A stretch of DNA of 64,000 bases from Pseudomonadota bacterium (GTDB lineage: Bacteria > Pseudomonadota > Gammaproteobacteria > DSM-16500): positions 5,323-69,322 of the forward strand of contig JAZKAT010000034.1 of assembly GCA_040389045.1 (NCBI GenBank), read 5' to 3'. Every line of letters starts with the position of its first letter. Position 1 is the first letter of the stretch. The position numbers were made by a program, and so were the translations under genes. The notes under the pieces are model-generated. The model searched no databases. It was not told the DNA's origin and saw only the letters and a program-made list of their open reading frames with translations. Of this stretch, positions 47,495 through 58,521 are shown piece by piece.

Positions 47495-49312
47495 ATGTTT
47501 GATATTAAAGCTTTTCTCGCCAATCTGCCGAATTCTCCGGGCATTTATCAAATGCTGGATGCCAACAATGAAGTCCTTTATGTAGGCAAAGCAAAAAACC
47601 TGAAAAAACGCATACCTTCGTATTTTAGCGCGGCGCAACGCGACACCAAAACGCTGGCTTTGATACGTCATGTCACTAACATTGATATCACCATTACCCG
47701 TAATGAAAATGAAGCACTGCTGTTAGAATGTAACCTCATTAAAAAAAATCACCCGCGCTATAATGTTTTATTTCGCGATGATAAAAGTTATCCCTACATT
47801 GTCATCACTAATGAACAACCTTATCCACGCATTGATTTTTACCGCGGTCCGTTAAAAAAAGACTTGCGCTATTTTGGCCCTTATCCCAGTGCCGCCGCCG
47901 TGCGTGAAACGATTCACCTCATTCAGAAAGTATTTCAACTGCGTACTTGCAGCGATAATTTCTTCGCCAGCAGAACGCGGGCTTGTTTACACCATCAAAT
48001 AGGACTGTGTTCCGGTTCGTGCGCCGGTTTGATTTCTACTGAAGATTATCAACAAAATGTACGTCATGCGATTATGTTTCTGTCCGGTAAAAATGAATTG
48101 ATTGTAAATGAACTCACTAAACAAATGGAAAAAGCGGCCGCTGAATTAAATTTTGAGTTAGCCGCCAGAGTCCGTGACCAACTCGCCAAAATCCGGGAAA
48201 TTCAAAAACGTCAGTATGTCAGCGGCGGCAAAGGGGATGCCGACATGATTGGCCTGGCACAACATGAGGGCATAGTTTGCATACAATTGTTATCGATTCG
48301 CGGTGGCAGGATTTTAGGTAGCCGGGCTTATTTTCCCCGCGTACCACTCAATGCCAGCAGCGAGGAAATTTTAACGGCATTCATTACCCAGCATTATCTA
48401 GGCCAAACCCATGAATTCCCCAAGGAAATTATTATTGACCTGGCGTTGCCCGAAAAAACCTGGCTGGAAAATGCTTTAAGTGAACAAGCCTCTCATCCCC
48501 TGACTATCGCCGCCAAGGTCCGCGGTGAGCGTAAAAAATGGCTGGAAATGGCCACCACTACCGCCAAACAATCTGTAGTCACTCACGTGATTAGCAAGTC
48601 CAACATCAAGGAACGATTGGTCGCATTGCAGGAAACATTAGGCTTGGCCAAGATACCCAACCGGATAGAGTGTTTCGATATTAGTCATACGATGGGTGAA
48701 GCGACGGTAGCGTCCTGTGTGGTTTTCGATGGTGAAGGGGCGGTTAAAAGTGATTATCGACGCTTTAACATAACCGATACCACGCCTGGAGATGATATTG
48801 CCGCAATGACGCAAGCATTAACCCGTCGTTATCAGCGTTTGCAACGAGAAGTCGCCAAATTGCCTGAGTTATTAATTATTGATGGCGGCATTCCGCAATT
48901 ACACGCCGCGGAACATGTGCTGGCTATGCTGGATATCAAAAATATTTTATTAGTCGGTGTGGCAAAAGGTGCTACCCGCAAAGCAGGTTATGAAACCCTG
49001 CATATCCCCGGCCATCCCCCCATATACCTGCAGGCAGATTCCATTGCCTTGCACATGATCCAGCAAATCCGTGATGAAGCCCATCGCTTTGCCATCACCG
49101 GCCACCGCAACCGTCGCGCCAAAACCCGGCGCACCTCGACCCTGGAATCCATTCCCGGGATAGGGGCCAAACGCCGCCGCGAATTATTGCGCTACTTTGG
49201 TGGAATTCAAGCCCTCAATCGTGCTAATCTTGACGACTTAGCGAAGGTACCTGGTATTAGCCAGTCACTGGCGCAACGGATTTTTGAGGCGTTAGGCTCT
49301 GCGAATAAATAA
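47495..49312 (+). CDS. uvrC: excinuclease ABC subunit C
   Basis: GIY-YIG domain (PGIYQMLDANNEVLYVGKAKNLKKR), UVR domain (FELAARVRDQL) and a C-terminal (HhH)2 (IPGIGAKRRRELL). Confidence 0.95.
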   Translation: MFDIKAFLANLPNSPGIYQMLDANNEVLYVGKAKNLKKRIPSYFSAAQRDTKTLALIRHVTNIDITITRNENEALLLECNLIKKNHPRYNVLFRDDKSYPYIVITNEQPYPRIDFYRGPLKKDLRYFGPYPSAAAVRETIHLIQKVFQLRTCSDNFFASRTRACLHHQIGLCSGSCAGLISTEDYQQNVRHAIMFLSGKNELIVNELTKQMEKAAAELNFELAARVRDQLAKIREIQKRQYVSGGKGDADMIGLAQHEGIVCIQLLSIRGGRILGSRAYFPRVPLNASSEEILTAFITQHYLGQTHEFPKEIIIDLALPEKTWLENALSEQASHPLTIAAKVRGERKKWLEMATTTAKQSVVTHVISKSNIKERLVALQETLGLAKIPNRIECFDISHTMGEATVASCVVFDGEGAVKSDYRRFNITDTTPGDDIAAMTQALTRRYQRLQREVAKLPELLIIDGGIPQLHAAEHVLAMLDIKNILLVGVAKGATRKAGYETLHIPGHPPIYLQADSIALHMIQQIRDEAHRFAITGHRNRRAKTRRTSTLESIPGIGAKRRRELLRYFGGIQALNRANLDDLAKVPGISQSLAQRIFEALGSANK

Positions 49313-49328
49313 TGTAGCGGTGTAATGT

Positions 49329-49925
49329 ATGCTGAATCTCCCTAATATTCTTACACTGGTGCGGATATTAGTAATTCCAATATTCGTATTAGTTTTCTAT
49401 CTCCCCATCACCTGGGGGCATACCGGTGCCGCGGTGATTTTTGGTCTGGCCTGCATGACTGACTGGTTAGATGGTTATCTTGCGCGCAGCCTGCAACAAG
49501 CCACCCGTTTCGGCGCTTTCCTTGATCCTGTCGCTGACAAGCTGATGGTATCCATCGCACTCATCATGATAGTTGCCGAAGCACAATTCAAATTCGTCAG
49601 CGGTAAAACGGTGATGTACGCATTGCCGCCGTTTTTGATTACCATACCCTCAGCCATTATTGTCAGTCGCGAAATCATCGTGTCCGCGCTACGCGAATGG
49701 ATGGCGGAAATTGGCAAACGCACCAGCATAGTCGTTTCCAGTCTAGGGAAAATTAAAACCACTCTGCAAATGCTGGCTTTAATCGTCTTAATTTACTGCA
49801 CGCCAACCACTAGCGCTTCCTTGATTGCTGTGGGCTATGTTTTACTCTACGCGGCGGCAATTTTGACAATTTGGTCTATGGTCATTTACTTGAAAACAGC
49901 GTGGCCAGAGTTTCAAATAAATTGA
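49329..49925 (+). CDS. pgsA: CDP-diacylglycerol--glycerol-3-phosphate 3-phosphatidyltransferase
   Basis: NILTLVRI..., DWLDGYLAR....T.FGAFLDPVADKL (CDP-alcohol phosphatidyltransferase motif). Confidence 0.93.
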   Translation: MLNLPNILTLVRILVIPIFVLVFYLPITWGHTGAAVIFGLACMTDWLDGYLARSLQQATRFGAFLDPVADKLMVSIALIMIVAEAQFKFVSGKTVMYALPPFLITIPSAIIVSREIIVSALREWMAEIGKRTSIVVSSLGKIKTTLQMLALIVLIYCTPTTSASLIAVGYVLLYAAAILTIWSMVIYLKTAWPEFQIN

Positions 49926-50000
49926 TAAATTTCCGTTAATTTATCAATTCAAGCTTGACACTGTTAAGTCCTCATATAGAATTACGCCTCTGGATGCAGC

Positions 50001-50076
<76 letters not shown>

Positions 50077-50148
50077 AACATGTAACAAAACTGATTTTTG
50101 CATGTTTCAACGTAGGCAATCACATAGTTTAGCCTAAAAAAGTTTTAT

Positions 50149-50219
50149 GGCTGGGTGGCAGAGTGGTTATGCAGCGGCCTGCAAAGCCGCGGACGCCGGT
50201 TCGATTCCGACCCTAGCCT
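50149..50219 (+). tRNA. cysT: tRNA-Cys (anticodon GCA), no encoded CCA
   Basis: Acceptor GGCTGGG/CCTAGCC with the U73 discriminator, and anticodon arm GCGGC-CTGCAAA-GCCGC. There is one C-A mismatch in the T stem. Confidence 0.85.
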
Positions 50220-50239
50220 TTATATTATATACACCACTT

Positions 50240-50326
50240 GCCCGGGTGGCGGAATTGGTAGACGCAAGGGACTTAAAATCCCTCGGAGGTAACTCCGTGC
50301 CGGTTCGATTCCGGCCTCGGGCACCA
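50240..50326 (+). tRNA. leuZ: tRNA-Leu (anticodon UAA), long variable arm, CCA encoded
   Basis: GCCCGGGTGGCGGAATTGGTAGACGC, anticodon arm AGGGA-CTTAAAA-TCCCT, variable arm CGGAGGTAACTCCG. The order pgsA-Gly-Cys-Leu matches E. coli. Confidence 0.92.
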
Positions 50327-50376
50327 ACACAAACGATCTCACAGTCGACGCAAATGACGAATGAGGTGTTATCAAG

Positions 50377-50706
50377 ATGACTTTTGTTGTAACCGAACAA
50401 TGTATCCGGTGCAAGTACACAGATTGCGTTGAAGTCTGTCCCGTTGATTGTTTTTACGAAGGCCCAAATTTTCTAGCGATTAATCCCGACGAATGTATTG
50501 ATTGCGCATTATGCGAACCCGAATGTCCCGTCAACGCCATTTATTCAGAAGACGACTTACCCGAAAAATATAAAAATTTTTTGCAAATCAATAAAGAGCT
50601 AGCGGAAAAATGGCCCGTCATCACTCGCATCAAAGACGCTCCCCCCGACGCGGATGACTGGAAAAACGTAGATGATAAGTTGAAATATTTAGATAAAGGT
50701 GAGTAG
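50377..50706 (+). CDS. fdxA: 7Fe ferredoxin (Azotobacter FdxA type, 3Fe-4S + 4Fe-4S)
   Basis: [55 protein letters not shown]. Confidence 0.93.
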   Translation: MTFVVTEQCIRCKYTDCVEVCPVDCFYEGPNFLAINPDECIDCALCEPECPVNAIYSEDDLPEKYKNFLQINKELAEKWPVITRIKDAPPDADDWKNVDDKLKYLDKGE

Positions 50707-50717
50707 GGTGACTCTGT

Positions 50718-50828
50718 TATTCCGCACAGGAATGTAGGTTGCATCATCCCTGTCATTCCCGCGCAGGCGGGAATCCATTTATAGCTGAGCGCAGTATGTA
50801 GGTTGGGCTGAGTGCAGCGAAGCCCAAC
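50718..50828. repeat. composite REP cluster: short ATTCC/GGAAT hairpin, half ATTCCC-N8-GGGAAT unit (50750..50778), and a GTTGGGCT/AGCCCAAC hairpin (50802..50828)
   Basis: Read directly. The 10-nt direct repeat ATGTAGGTTG occurs at 50732..50741 and 50796..50805, flanking the half unit. Confidence 0.75.
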
Positions 50829-50901
50829 AGCTTTACCCACGGAGTTTTTTGCTTTACCCAATTTGTTGGGCGATGCTGACAGATAACAACGAGACTATCT
50901 C

Positions 50902-52857
50902 TTGCCAACCGAATCCAGCACCGACATCCTGCGCGCAGGCGGCTTACTAAGCCAGGCCATCCACGGTTTCACACCCCGCATCGCCCAGCAGGAAATGGCC
51001 GATGCAATCGATCAGGCCATCCAACACAATGCCCAATTAATCATTGAAGCGGGCACCGGCACCGGCAAAACTTTTGGTTATCTGGTCCCCATTTTGCTAG
51101 CCGAAAAAAAAACCATCATCTCCACTGGCACGAAAAATCTGCAAGATCAGTTATTTTTTATTGATATCCCCGTCATCAAAACCATCATGGCCAATGAATT
51201 TGGTATTAAACCCAAAGTTGTTTTATTAAAAGGTCGCGCGAATTATCTATGCCTGCACCGCCTTGAAAGCGCCCGCCAGGATGGACGGTTTGCCTCCCGC
51301 GAATTAGTCAGTGAATTACACACCGTGTATGACTGGTCAACCATGACCGAGCAGGGTGATATCGCGGAGTTATCAACCATCTCCGAAGATTCACCGGTCT
51401 GGTCTTACGTTACCAGCACCACTGAAAATTGTCTCAATCAGGATTGTGAATTTTATCAAGCATGCCATGTCATGCAAGCGCGTCAACAAGCCCTGGCCGC
51501 CGACATTGTTATTGTCAATCACCATTTATTTTTTGCTGATCTCGCGTTACAGGAAGAAGGTTTTGGCGAATTACTGCCGGGCACAGATGTCGTTATTTTT
51601 GATGAAGCGCATCATTTACCGGATGTGGCGTCCTATTTTTTTAGCACCGTTTTGTCTAGCCGGCAACTCACCGAATTAGCGCACGACTGCGAAGCCGAAA
51701 GCGCGGCTGGCGCGCAAGATATCCCGCAAATTAACCCACTCTCAGCGGAATTACAACGCGCCGTCATCGCCATGCGCAGCGCGCTAGGCATGGAGCAGCG
51801 TTCACAACCCTGGCCCGAAGTTTTATCTCAACCTATGCAAACCGCAATCTGTAACATCAAAGATATTTTAAAAGATTTTGGCGCCGTGTTAAAAGAAGCC
51901 GCCGTGCGCAGCAAAGGCCTGGAAAGTTGCTACCGCCGCACCCTGGCAATTATGGAAAATTTCGATAAATTAACCACCGGTGCACCGATTAATACAGTGC
52001 ATTGGTATGAAATTCATACCCAAACTTTTACCCTGCATTTAACCCCACTGATTGTCGCCGAGTATTTCAAAAAATATCTGCGTGATCGTAACCGCGCCTG
52101 GATTTTTACTTCCGCCACCCTCACGGTAAAAAATAATTTTAATTTATTCACCGACACGCTAGGCTTGGAAAATACTCGGCAACTACAATTAAAAAGTCCT
52201 TTTAATTATGCGCAGCAAGCCTTGTTGTACGCACCCCGCGGCATGCCTGACACGCACGCGGAAAATTATATTGAAGCCGTAATCGACGCCGCCTTGCCAG
52301 TGTTACAGGCTACCGAGGGCAAGGCGTTTTTATTATTTACCAGCCATCGCGCTTTAGAGCGGGCCGCGGCTTATCTCGCGAACCGCGTGCCTTATCCCTT
52401 ACTCAGACAAGGCACGAAACCAAAACGCCAATTAATTGATGAATTTAAAACCCTGGGCAATGCGATTTTGCTTGGCACCAGTAGTTTCTGGTATGGTGTG
52501 GATGTGCGTGGTGACGCATTATCCTGCGTAGTCATCGATAAATTACCGTTCGCCGCGCCAGAAGATCCTATTTTGCGCGCTAAAATTAAAATGTATCGCG
52601 AACAAGGCATAGACCCATTCTGGAATTTTCAATTACCTCAGGCCGTGTTAACGTTAAAACAAGGCGCCGGCAGATTGATCCGCGATATTACTGACCGGGG
52701 TGTGTTAATGATTTGTGATCCGCGTCTGGTAGGCAGTCGCTATGGCGAAGTATTTTTGCAAAGTTTACCCGGCATGACAAGGACGCGTGACCTTGACCGG
52801 GTGCGAGATTTTTTTAAGGTAACCAAGCCCAATGAACTTGAAATTATTAGCGATTGA
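50902..52857 (+). CDS. yoaA: DinG-family ATP-dependent DNA helicase (YoaA-like, Fe-S type)
   Basis: EAGTGTGKTFGYL (Walker A), IFDEAHHL (DEAH) and the Cys cluster CLHR...CLNQDCEFYQAC. Its size (~650 aa) and adjacency to tsaB (yeaZ) match E. coli yoaA. The start is a TTG. Confidence 0.82.
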   Translation: MPTESSTDILRAGGLLSQAIHGFTPRIAQQEMADAIDQAIQHNAQLIIEAGTGTGKTFGYLVPILLAEKKTIISTGTKNLQDQLFFIDIPVIKTIMANEFGIKPKVVLLKGRANYLCLHRLESARQDGRFASRELVSELHTVYDWSTMTEQGDIAELSTISEDSPVWSYVTSTTENCLNQDCEFYQACHVMQARQQALAADIVIVNHHLFFADLALQEEGFGELLPGTDVVIFDEAHHLPDVASYFFSTVLSSRQLTELAHDCEAESAAGAQDIPQINPLSAELQRAVIAMRSALGMEQRSQPWPEVLSQPMQTAICNIKDILKDFGAVLKEAAVRSKGLESCYRRTLAIMENFDKLTTGAPINTVHWYEIHTQTFTLHLTPLIVAEYFKKYLRDRNRAWIFTSATLTVKNNFNLFTDTLGLENTRQLQLKSPFNYAQQALLYAPRGMPDTHAENYIEAVIDAALPVLQATEGKAFLLFTSHRALERAAAYLANRVPYPLLRQGTKPKRQLIDEFKTLGNAILLGTSSFWYGVDVRGDALSCVVIDKLPFAAPEDPILRAKIKMYREQGIDPFWNFQLPQAVLTLKQGAGRLIRDITDRGVLMICDPRLVGSRYGEVFLQSLPGMTRTRDLDRVRDFFKVTKPNELEIISD

Positions 52858-53506
52858 AACTTCAGCTTCTGCTTGTTCAGTTGCGCTGCTAATCAATGAT
52901 GAAATTAAAACCCTGCACGAAATTATCCCTATGCAACAAGCACAGCGGATTTTAACTATGATTGATCAATTGCTCAGTGACAATGGCTGCCAGGTGAATG
53001 AATTATCCGCGCTGGCTTTTGGTTGCGGCCCAGGCAGTTTCACTGGCGTGCGCATTGCGACTAGCGTCATTCAAGGTCTGGCTTATGCGAGCGGGTTACC
53101 CGTGATTAGTGTTTCATCGCTGGCTGCCGTCGCGCAAACCGCTTATGAAGAATTGCATTGGCCCAAAATTATGGTGGCGATGGATGCGCGTATGAATGAA
53201 GTTTACTTTGGTGCTTACCAAGTCAATGCGCAAGGCTTGATGGAATTGCAAAACAAAGAAATGGTTTGTCGCCCTAAAGATATTCCACTGCCAGCAACGC
53301 CGGATTGGTATGGCGCGGGTAATGGCTGGGCGGTGTATCAAGACGCGTTACCGTGCCAACCGACTGCCGTAGCGGCTGAACAATTACCTACCGCTTTTGG
53401 TGTCAGTTTGCTGGCAAAAGCCAAATATTTACGCCATGAATGGCAGCCCGCGGCTGAGGTCATGCCCGTATATTTACGGGATGATGTAGCTGAAAAAGGC
53501 AGATAA
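52832..53506 (+). CDS. tsaB: tRNA t6A biosynthesis protein TsaB (YeaZ)
   Basis: LLAIETSASACSVALL, GCGPGSFTGVRIATSVIQGLA. Confidence 0.9.
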   Translation: MNLKLLAIETSASACSVALLINDEIKTLHEIIPMQQAQRILTMIDQLLSDNGCQVNELSALAFGCGPGSFTGVRIATSVIQGLAYASGLPVISVSSLAAVAQTAYEELHWPKIMVAMDARMNEVYFGAYQVNAQGLMELQNKEMVCRPKDIPLPATPDWYGAGNGWAVYQDALPCQPTAVAAEQLPTAFGVSLLAKAKYLRHEWQPAAEVMPVYLRDDVAEKGR

Positions 53507-53662
53507 AGCTCCAGCTGTTATTAAATTAAGGTATTTTGCCCTGAAATCTCCATGAAAAACACAAATGCTAATTGAGTTTTACCCCCTAAAAGAGCTAAAA
53601 TTCTAACCATATAGATATATTTAGAACAAACACGCATAACGCTCCGGAGGCAAGGTACTTTT

Positions 53663-56600
53663 ATGGCAGGTCAAGTCGGCAGTCGCCGCCAGGAAGTAAT
53701 TAACGAAATACTCACACATGTTAAAAATCGTGTTCCCGAAAAACAGTTTAAAATTATTGAAGTGTATGCTCAGCGTTATTACGCATCCAGCGCGCTCGCC
53801 GATTTAGGCGAACATTCACTGGAAGATTTATGCGGCGCATTTTTATCGCATTGGAATTATATCTATCAACGCGCGCCGGGCGAATCCAAGGTTCGGGTAT
53901 TTAATCCCACGATTGAAAATGATGGCTGGCAATCCACGCACACCATCATTGAAATTTCGCATGATGATATTCCATTCCTGGTTGATTCAACGCGTATGGA
54001 AATTAATAAGCATGATTTGCAAATTCATTTTATTATTCACTTTGGTGGCTTAAAAGTAAAACGCGATGCTGAAAATCGTATCATCGATGTATTACCCCCC
54101 GGTGCTACGGATCCCAATGAACGCTCTGAAGCACCTATTTACATTGAAATCGATAGACAAACCGATCCTGTCGCCATGGAAACATTATGCAGCGGCATTC
54201 AACATTCTTTAGCTGACGTGCGTGTGGCGGTTGCCGACTGGCGCAAAATCATGGAACGCGTAGAAGAATCCCTGCTTGAGCTTGAGCAGAACCCACCGCC
54301 ACTCGATCCTGCGGAAATCGCCGAATCGAAAGATTTTTTACGCTGGCTAATCAATAATAATTTTACTTTCCTGGGTTCGCGTGATTATAAATTAATAGGC
54401 AATGAAACCAACCGCGCGCTGCAAATGATCCCGGGGACAGGCCTTGGTGTATTGCGCGATGAATCGTCGAGCACGGTTTCCCGACGTTATACGGAATTGC
54501 CGCCCCAGGCGCGCAAACTGGCGCTGTCAAAAAATATTTTAATTATCGCCAAAACCAATACTCGCTCCACGGTACACCGCGAAGCTTACACCGATTATAT
54601 CGGGGTGAAACGTTTCAATGATAAAGGCGAAATCATCGGTGAACGTCGCTTCATAGGTCTTTACACGTCAACCGCGTATCATTCAAGTCCGCGCTATATT
54701 CCCTTTTTACGACTCAAAGTCGCGAAAATCATGCAGGAATTACATTTTCCACCCGACAGTCATAATGGCAAAGAAGCCATGCATATTTTGGAAACCTTGC
54801 CGCGGGATGACTTGTTTCAAGCAACTCAGGATGAACTCGTCAAATTAACCATGGGCATTTTACATTTGCAGGAACGCAAACGGGTGCGTTTATTTATCCG
54901 CAAAGATTCCTATGGTCGTTATTTTTCCTGCCTGATCTTTGTGCCACGCGAAATTTTTAATACTGAACTCACGCTGGCAATGCAAGAAGTGTTGATGGAA
55001 TCACTGGAAGGTATTGAATGTACTTTTACCACTTATTTTTCTGACTCCGTGCTGGCGCGTTTACATTTCTTATTGCGGGTAAATCCCCGTTCTAATGTGG
55101 AATATGATGTACCGATTATTGAACAGAAATTAATTGACGTGGCACGCTCCTGGACCGATGAATTAAAAACCCATTTAGTGATTCAATTTGGTGAAGCAGA
55201 TGGTTTGCGCTATTACGCCAAATACGCCAAAGCTTTCCCGATCAGTTACACGGAATATTACCGACCCCAAACCGCGTTAAACGACATCACCCAAATGGAA
55301 GTGTTATCCAAAGAAAATCCTTTGGGCATGGTCTTTTACAAGCGCATCGATAAAACTCCTGAAACGTTACGTTTCAAATTATTTCACGCCGAGCATCCGG
55401 TCGCGCTCTCTGATGTATTGCCAACACTTGAAAACATGGGTTTGCGCGTCATCGGCGAACGCCCGCACGAAATTATTTTTAAAGATGGCAAAATCATCTG
55501 GATTAATGATTTTGATGTAGTCTATGTGCGTGACAAGGAAATTCCCGTCGAAAATGTCCGGGAAATTTTTCAAGAAGCTTTTGCAAAAATCTGGTTTCGT
55601 TTTGCGGAAGATGATGGTTTTAATCGGCTGGTACTGGAAGCGCAATTGACTTGGCGCGAAGTAGCGGTGTTACGCGCTTATACCAAATATTTACGCCAGA
55701 CGGGTTTTACTTTCAGCCAAAATTATGTCGAAAAAGCGCTGATTAACAATCCCGATATCACTAAAAACCTGATTAACTTATTTAAACTACGCTTCACTCC
55801 AAACAATCATCAGCAACATCCGGACACCACGCCTATCGTTTCAGAGATTGAAAAAGCGCTGGAAGATGTGGCCAGCCTTGATGAAGACCGGATACTACGC
55901 CGCATTTTGGAAGTGATTCTAGCCACTATGCGCACCAATTATTTTCAAACTGAAATTGAGGATGAAGATACTTACAAACCTTATATCTCATTTAAACTAG
56001 ATCCTTCCGCCATTTCTGACTTGCCCTTGCCACGACCCATGTATGAAATCTTTGTGTATTCGCCACGGGTGGAAGGCGTGCATCTGCGCGCTGGCAAAGT
56101 CGCGCGCGGCGGCATACGCTGGTCAGACCGCCGCGAAGATTTCCGCACCGAAGTATTGGGATTAATGAAAGCCCAGCAAGTGAAAAATTCAGTGATTGTC
56201 CCGGTAGGCGCCAAAGGTGGCTTCTTCCCAAAACAATTACCCAGCGAAGCCGACCGTGATGAGCGCATGAAAGAAGTTATTTACTGTTATTCAACTTTCA
56301 TTCGCGGCTTGCTCGATCTTACCGACAACATTAAAGACAACAAAGTCGTGCCACCGGTTAATGTAGTGCGTTATGACGAAGATGACACTTATCTGGTGGT
56401 AGCCGCCGACAAGGGCACCGCAACTTTCTCAGACATAGCCAATGGCATTTCCAAAGATTATGATTTTTGGTTAGATGACGCCTTCGCCTCTGGCGGTTCC
56501 GTAGGGTATGACCATAAAAGAATGGGTATTACCGCGCGCGGTACCTGGGAATCGGTAAAACGGCACTTCCGCGAATTTAATATTGATCCTACCCGTGATG

Positions 56601-58501
56601 ATTTTACCGTGGTGGGAATTGGTGATCTGGCTGGCGATGTGTTCGGCAATGGCATGTTGCAATCAGAACACATTAAATTAATTGGCGCTTTTAATCATGC
56701 GCATATTTTTCTGGACCCGGACCCCGATCCAAAAATCAGTTTCGAAGAACGTCAGCGCATGTTTAATTTACCACGCTCTTCGTGGACCGATTACAACCCG
56801 GATTTACTTTCCAAAGGTGGCGGCATCTATAGTCGCGCCGCAAAATCGATAAAACTTTCCGCGGAAATCAAGCAAGCCCTGAACTTAAAAAAAGACAACA
56901 TGGCGCCAAATGATTTGATCCGGGAAATGCTAAAAGCACCGGTGGACTTAATTTTTAACGGCGGTATCGGCACCTTCGTGAAATCCAGTATTGAAACCAA
57001 TACGGATGCTGGCGATCGTACTAACGATAATATCAGAATTGACGGCAATGAATTGACAACGCGGGTAGTAGGCGAGGGTGGTAACCTTGGCTTTACTCAA
57101 TTAGCACGCATTGAATATTCTTTAAATGGCGGCATTATCTATACCGACTTCATTGATAACTCTGCGGGCGTAGATTGTTCCGACCATGAAGTTAATATTA
57201 AAATCCTGCTGAACAAATTGATTGCCGACGGTGAAATGACCCTCACCCAACGCAATAAGCTGCTGGAAAAAATGACGGATGAAGTTGCCGAACTCGTGTT
57301 GCGCGACAACTATGAACAAACGCAAATGCTTAGCCTGGAAGCCTCCGTGGGTCAGGAAACCATGGATTTATTCAAGCGCTATATGGTAGAGCTGGAAAAG
57401 AATGGCCGGCTGCAGCGCAAGCTTGAATCCCTGCCCGATGAAAAAAATCTGTTGGAGCGTATGTCCAACAACAAAGGGTTAACGCGTCCTGAAATCGCCA
57501 TCTTACTGGCTTATTGTAAAATGTATTTAAAACAAGACATTCTTGCCTCCGATGTGCCGGAAGACCCTTATTTTACCAAATTCCTGAAACTTGCTTTCCC
57601 GAAACCCTTACGTAAAAAATACTTTGAACAAATGAAAGACCACCGCTTACGCCGTGAAATTATCGCCACCCATCTTGGGAAATATGTCACCGACCACATG
57701 GGAATTAATTTTGTGGAACGCCTGCAACGGGAAACTGGCGCATCAGTGGCTTTCATCATGCGCGCCTTTGTGATTGCCGAAAATATTTATGGTTTAAATG
57801 AGCTCTGGGCACAGATTGAAGCCCTGGATTATCAAGTACCGACCGCCGTCCAACAAAAAATGATGTTGCAAATGTATTATTTAATCCGGCGCACGACGCG
57901 CTGGTTTTTACGTAATCGCAAACCTGAAATTGACATCCAGGAAACCATTAATAATTTTTCCAATCCAGTTCAGGAATTGATGAAACTCATACCCAGCATA
58001 CTGGCTGAGCCTGATCAAGAACGTATGCATGCTGAAGTTGAAAGTTTCGTCGAAGAAGGTGTACCGCCTGAATTCGCCTTGCAAATGGCTGCCAGCCAAG
58101 CTTTATTTACTTCCCTGGACATTGTTGAAGCCGCGCGTAAATACGATTTTAGAGTTGCTGAAATGGCGCAGGTTTATTATAAACTTGGCAGTGTGCTTGA
58201 ACTTGACTGGTTACGTTTACAATTAACTTCGCACCCTATGGAAAATCAATGGGATGAATTGGCGCGCGCCAGTTATCGCGATGACTTGGATAGTGTGCAA
58301 CGCAAATTGTCCATTAATGTTTTGAAAAAACGCCGCAACAACTCCGTAGATGAATGTGTAGTGGGATGGCTTGAAGAAAACCAGCAATTGATCGAGCGCT
58401 GGCATAACCTGCTTGCGGATATCAAATCGAGTACCAGCGTAGGCATGGTAACGTTTTCAGTAGTCTTGCGGGAATTATTTGATTTTGCGCAAGCGGGCTA
58501 A
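53663..58501 (+). CDS. gdhB: large (~180 kDa) NAD-specific glutamate dehydrogenase
   Basis: 1612 aa. The central catalytic region reads HLRAGKVARGGIRWSDRREDFRTEVLGLMKAQQVKNSVIVPVGAKGGF...VVAADKGTATFSD...GGSVGYDHK, characteristic of the Bac_GDH family. Confidence 0.92.
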   Translation: MAGQVGSRRQEVINEILTHVKNRVPEKQFKIIEVYAQRYYASSALADLGEHSLEDLCGAFLSHWNYIYQRAPGESKVRVFNPTIENDGWQSTHTIIEISHDDIPFLVDSTRMEINKHDLQIHFIIHFGGLKVKRDAENRIIDVLPPGATDPNERSEAPIYIEIDRQTDPVAMETLCSGIQHSLADVRVAVADWRKIMERVEESLLELEQNPPPLDPAEIAESKDFLRWLINNNFTFLGSRDYKLIGNETNRALQMIPGTGLGVLRDESSSTVSRRYTELPPQARKLALSKNILIIAKTNTRSTVHREAYTDYIGVKRFNDKGEIIGERRFIGLYTSTAYHSSPRYIPFLRLKVAKIMQELHFPPDSHNGKEAMHILETLPRDDLFQATQDELVKLTMGILHLQERKRVRLFIRKDSYGRYFSCLIFVPREIFNTELTLAMQEVLMESLEGIECTFTTYFSDSVLARLHFLLRVNPRSNVEYDVPIIEQKLIDVARSWTDELKTHLVIQFGEADGLRYYAKYAKAFPISYTEYYRPQTALNDITQMEVLSKENPLGMVFYKRIDKTPETLRFKLFHAEHPVALSDVLPTLENMGLRVIGERPHEIIFKDGKIIWINDFDVVYVRDKEIPVENVREIFQEAFAKIWFRFAEDDGFNRLVLEAQLTWREVAVLRAYTKYLRQTGFTFSQNYVEKALINNPDITKNLINLFKLRFTPNNHQQHPDTTPIVSEIEKALEDVASLDEDRILRRILEVILATMRTNYFQTEIEDEDTYKPYISFKLDPSAISDLPLPRPMYEIFVYSPRVEGVHLRAGKVARGGIRWSDRREDFRTEVLGLMKAQQVKNSVIVPVGAKGGFFPKQLPSEADRDERMKEVIYCYSTFIRGLLDLTDNIKDNKVVPPVNVVRYDEDDTYLVVAADKGTATFSDIANGISKDYDFWLDDAFASGGSVGYDHKRMGITARGTWESVKRHFREFNIDPTRDDFTVVGIGDLAGDVFGNGMLQSEHIKLIGAFNHAHIFLDPDPDPKISFEERQRMFNLPRSSWTDYNPDLLSKGGGIYSRAAKSIKLSAEIKQALNLKKDNMAPNDLIREMLKAPVDLIFNGGIGTFVKSSIETNTDAGDRTNDNIRIDGNELTTRVVGEGGNLGFTQLARIEYSLNGGIIYTDFIDNSAGVDCSDHEVNIKILLNKLIADGEMTLTQRNKLLEKMTDEVAELVLRDNYEQTQMLSLEASVGQETMDLFKRYMVELEKNGRLQRKLESLPDEKNLLERMSNNKGLTRPEIAILLAYCKMYLKQDILASDVPEDPYFTKFLKLAFPKPLRKKYFEQMKDHRLRREIIATHLGKYVTDHMGINFVERLQRETGASVAFIMRAFVIAENIYGLNELWAQIEALDYQVPTAVQQKMMLQMYYLIRRTTRWFLRNRKPEIDIQETINNFSNPVQELMKLIPSILAEPDQERMHAEVESFVEEGVPPEFALQMAASQALFTSLDIVEAARKYDFRVAEMAQVYYKLGSVLELDWLRLQLTSHPMENQWDELARASYRDDLDSVQRKLSINVLKKRRNNSVDECVVGWLEENQQLIERWHNLLADIKSSTSVGMVTFSVVLRELFDFAQAG

Positions 58502-58521
58502 TTTTTTGGGAGTAGGCAACC

